DNA from: Dehalococcoidia bacterium
Lineage (GTDB): Bacteria > Chloroflexota > Dehalococcoidia > Lucifugimonadales > UBA3495
Length of the DNA stretch: 64,000 nt
Assembly: GCA_963664375.1 (NCBI GenBank)
Contig: OY761449.1
Span: 2,315,087 to 2,379,086, forward strand
Direction: 5' to 3'
The number at the start of each line of letters is the position of its first letter. The first letter of the stretch is position 1. The translations under genes were made by a program, and so were the position numbers. Of the stretch, positions 63,372 to 64,000 are shown one piece after another. Under the pieces are notes generated by a model. It was not told the DNA's origin, searched no databases, and saw nothing but the letters and a program-made list of their open reading frames with translations.

Positions 63372-64000
63372 CTAAATTTCCAGCCGGTCGGCCAGCCAGG
63401 CTGTACGCGCCACGGCGTGAATGTGGCCGCCGCCTTCGGCCGCTCCGTCATACAAGCGCAGGTCGCAGTTGGGCAACGCCTCGGCCAGCTCCTCGGCGAA
63501 GGCCACTGGACACAGGGAGCGGTCGAATCGTCCCGCGCTCAGCAGGACCGGGCAATTGACGTTAGTAGCGTCCCCAACCGGGTCCAGCAACCCAAGCGTT
63601 TGCTCCACCCTTGCCCGCTGTTCGGGATGAACGCGCAGAAAGTCTCCTATCTCGCCCAGCGGGTAACCCGGGCCGGAATCAAGGGCCGTCGCGTGGCCCA
63701 GCGGCAGGGGCGTATCCGCCGCCACGACGTTGACCCGCGAACGGCGGGATGCCAGCGCCAAGGCAAGGCTCCCGCCCAGTCCGGCGCCCCACAGGGCCAC
63801 CCGGCCAATCTCTGCGCGATTCTGCCCCAAGAGCGCGTCCAGACCCCGCAGCGCGTCGGCGTAAGCGCCCAGCAGCGCCCACGATTCACCGTCGGCGATG
63901 CCGTCGGTTAGCAGGCCGGGATAGCTCGCCCGGTAGGCGCCGTCGCTGTTCCGCTGGCCGCGATGAGTAATATTCATGACCACGGCGTTGTGGCGCAGCG
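63372..64000 (-). CDS. Alpha/beta hydrolase (acetyl xylan esterase/dienelactone hydrolase-like), 5' end truncated by the window edge
   Basis: The frame stays open to position 64000. Contains the pattern VALWGAGLGGSLALA and a C-terminal GGGHIH. The nucleophile elbow reads GAGLG, with no obvious Ser. Confidence 0.6.
   Translation of the reverse strand, partial: LRHNAVVMNITHRGQRNSDGAYRASYPGLLTDGIADGESWALLGAYADALRGLDALLGQNRAEIGRVALWGAGLGGSLALALASRRSRVNVVAADTPLPLGHATALDSGPGYPLGEIGDFLRVHPEQRARVEQTLGLLDPVGDATNVNCPVLLSAGRFDRSLCPVAFAEELAEALPNCDLRLYDGAAEGGGHIHAVARTAWLADRLEI

Noticed and set aside
63236-63451. 71-aa ORF as a separate gene
   Set aside because: Only its last 22 codons (from ATG 63304) are real. 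They are the frame-0 leader of prfB, ending at the frameshift-site TGA.

Overview
High-GC (about 60-65% by eye) bacterial chromosomal window with about 60 protein genes, one tRNA-Ala, one intact IS982-like insertion sequence, one MITE-like insertion and four families of short palindromic intergenic repeats (over 30 copies in total). The gene content includes many SDR, LLM-monooxygenase, family III CoA-transferase, GMC oxidoreductase, phosphotriesterase/amidohydrolase, M24 and GGT-type enzymes. It also includes a corrinoid methyltransferase set and lipoproteins with Pro/Thr linkers. This resembles a Chloroflexota (SAR202/Dehalococcoidia-like) genome, but that taxonomic call is inference only. 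Housekeeping anchors are thrC, groEL, selA, dcd, ribD-ribE-ribBA, prfB (with the classical +1 frameshift), coaE and rimI. The observations most worth a second look are: (1) a UGA-recoded selenoprotein with a U-G-S-C motif, in a tight three-gene operon with two uncharacterised partners, with selA in the same window; (2) a low-GC orphan HEPN-type (Rx4H) gene beside a Phd/VapC cassette that is bracketed by 56-bp direct repeats copied from the 3' end of the neighbouring phosphotriesterase gene; (3) a corrinoid methyltransferase cluster that pairs a UroD/MtaA-family methyltransferase with a stand-alone homocysteine S-methyltransferase domain and carries two unknown genes and an inserted toxin-antitoxin pair; (4) a surface GLUG/RCC1 protein gene split cleanly by a 145-bp MITE with a 6-bp target duplication; (5) an IS inserted exactly into the loop of a REP hairpin; (6) an orphan CbbQ/NorQ - Nudix - giant VWA module; (7) PLD-zinc-ribbon and PD-(D/E)xK genes flanking the tRNA. 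All functional calls rest on motif recognition by eye. No database search was run.
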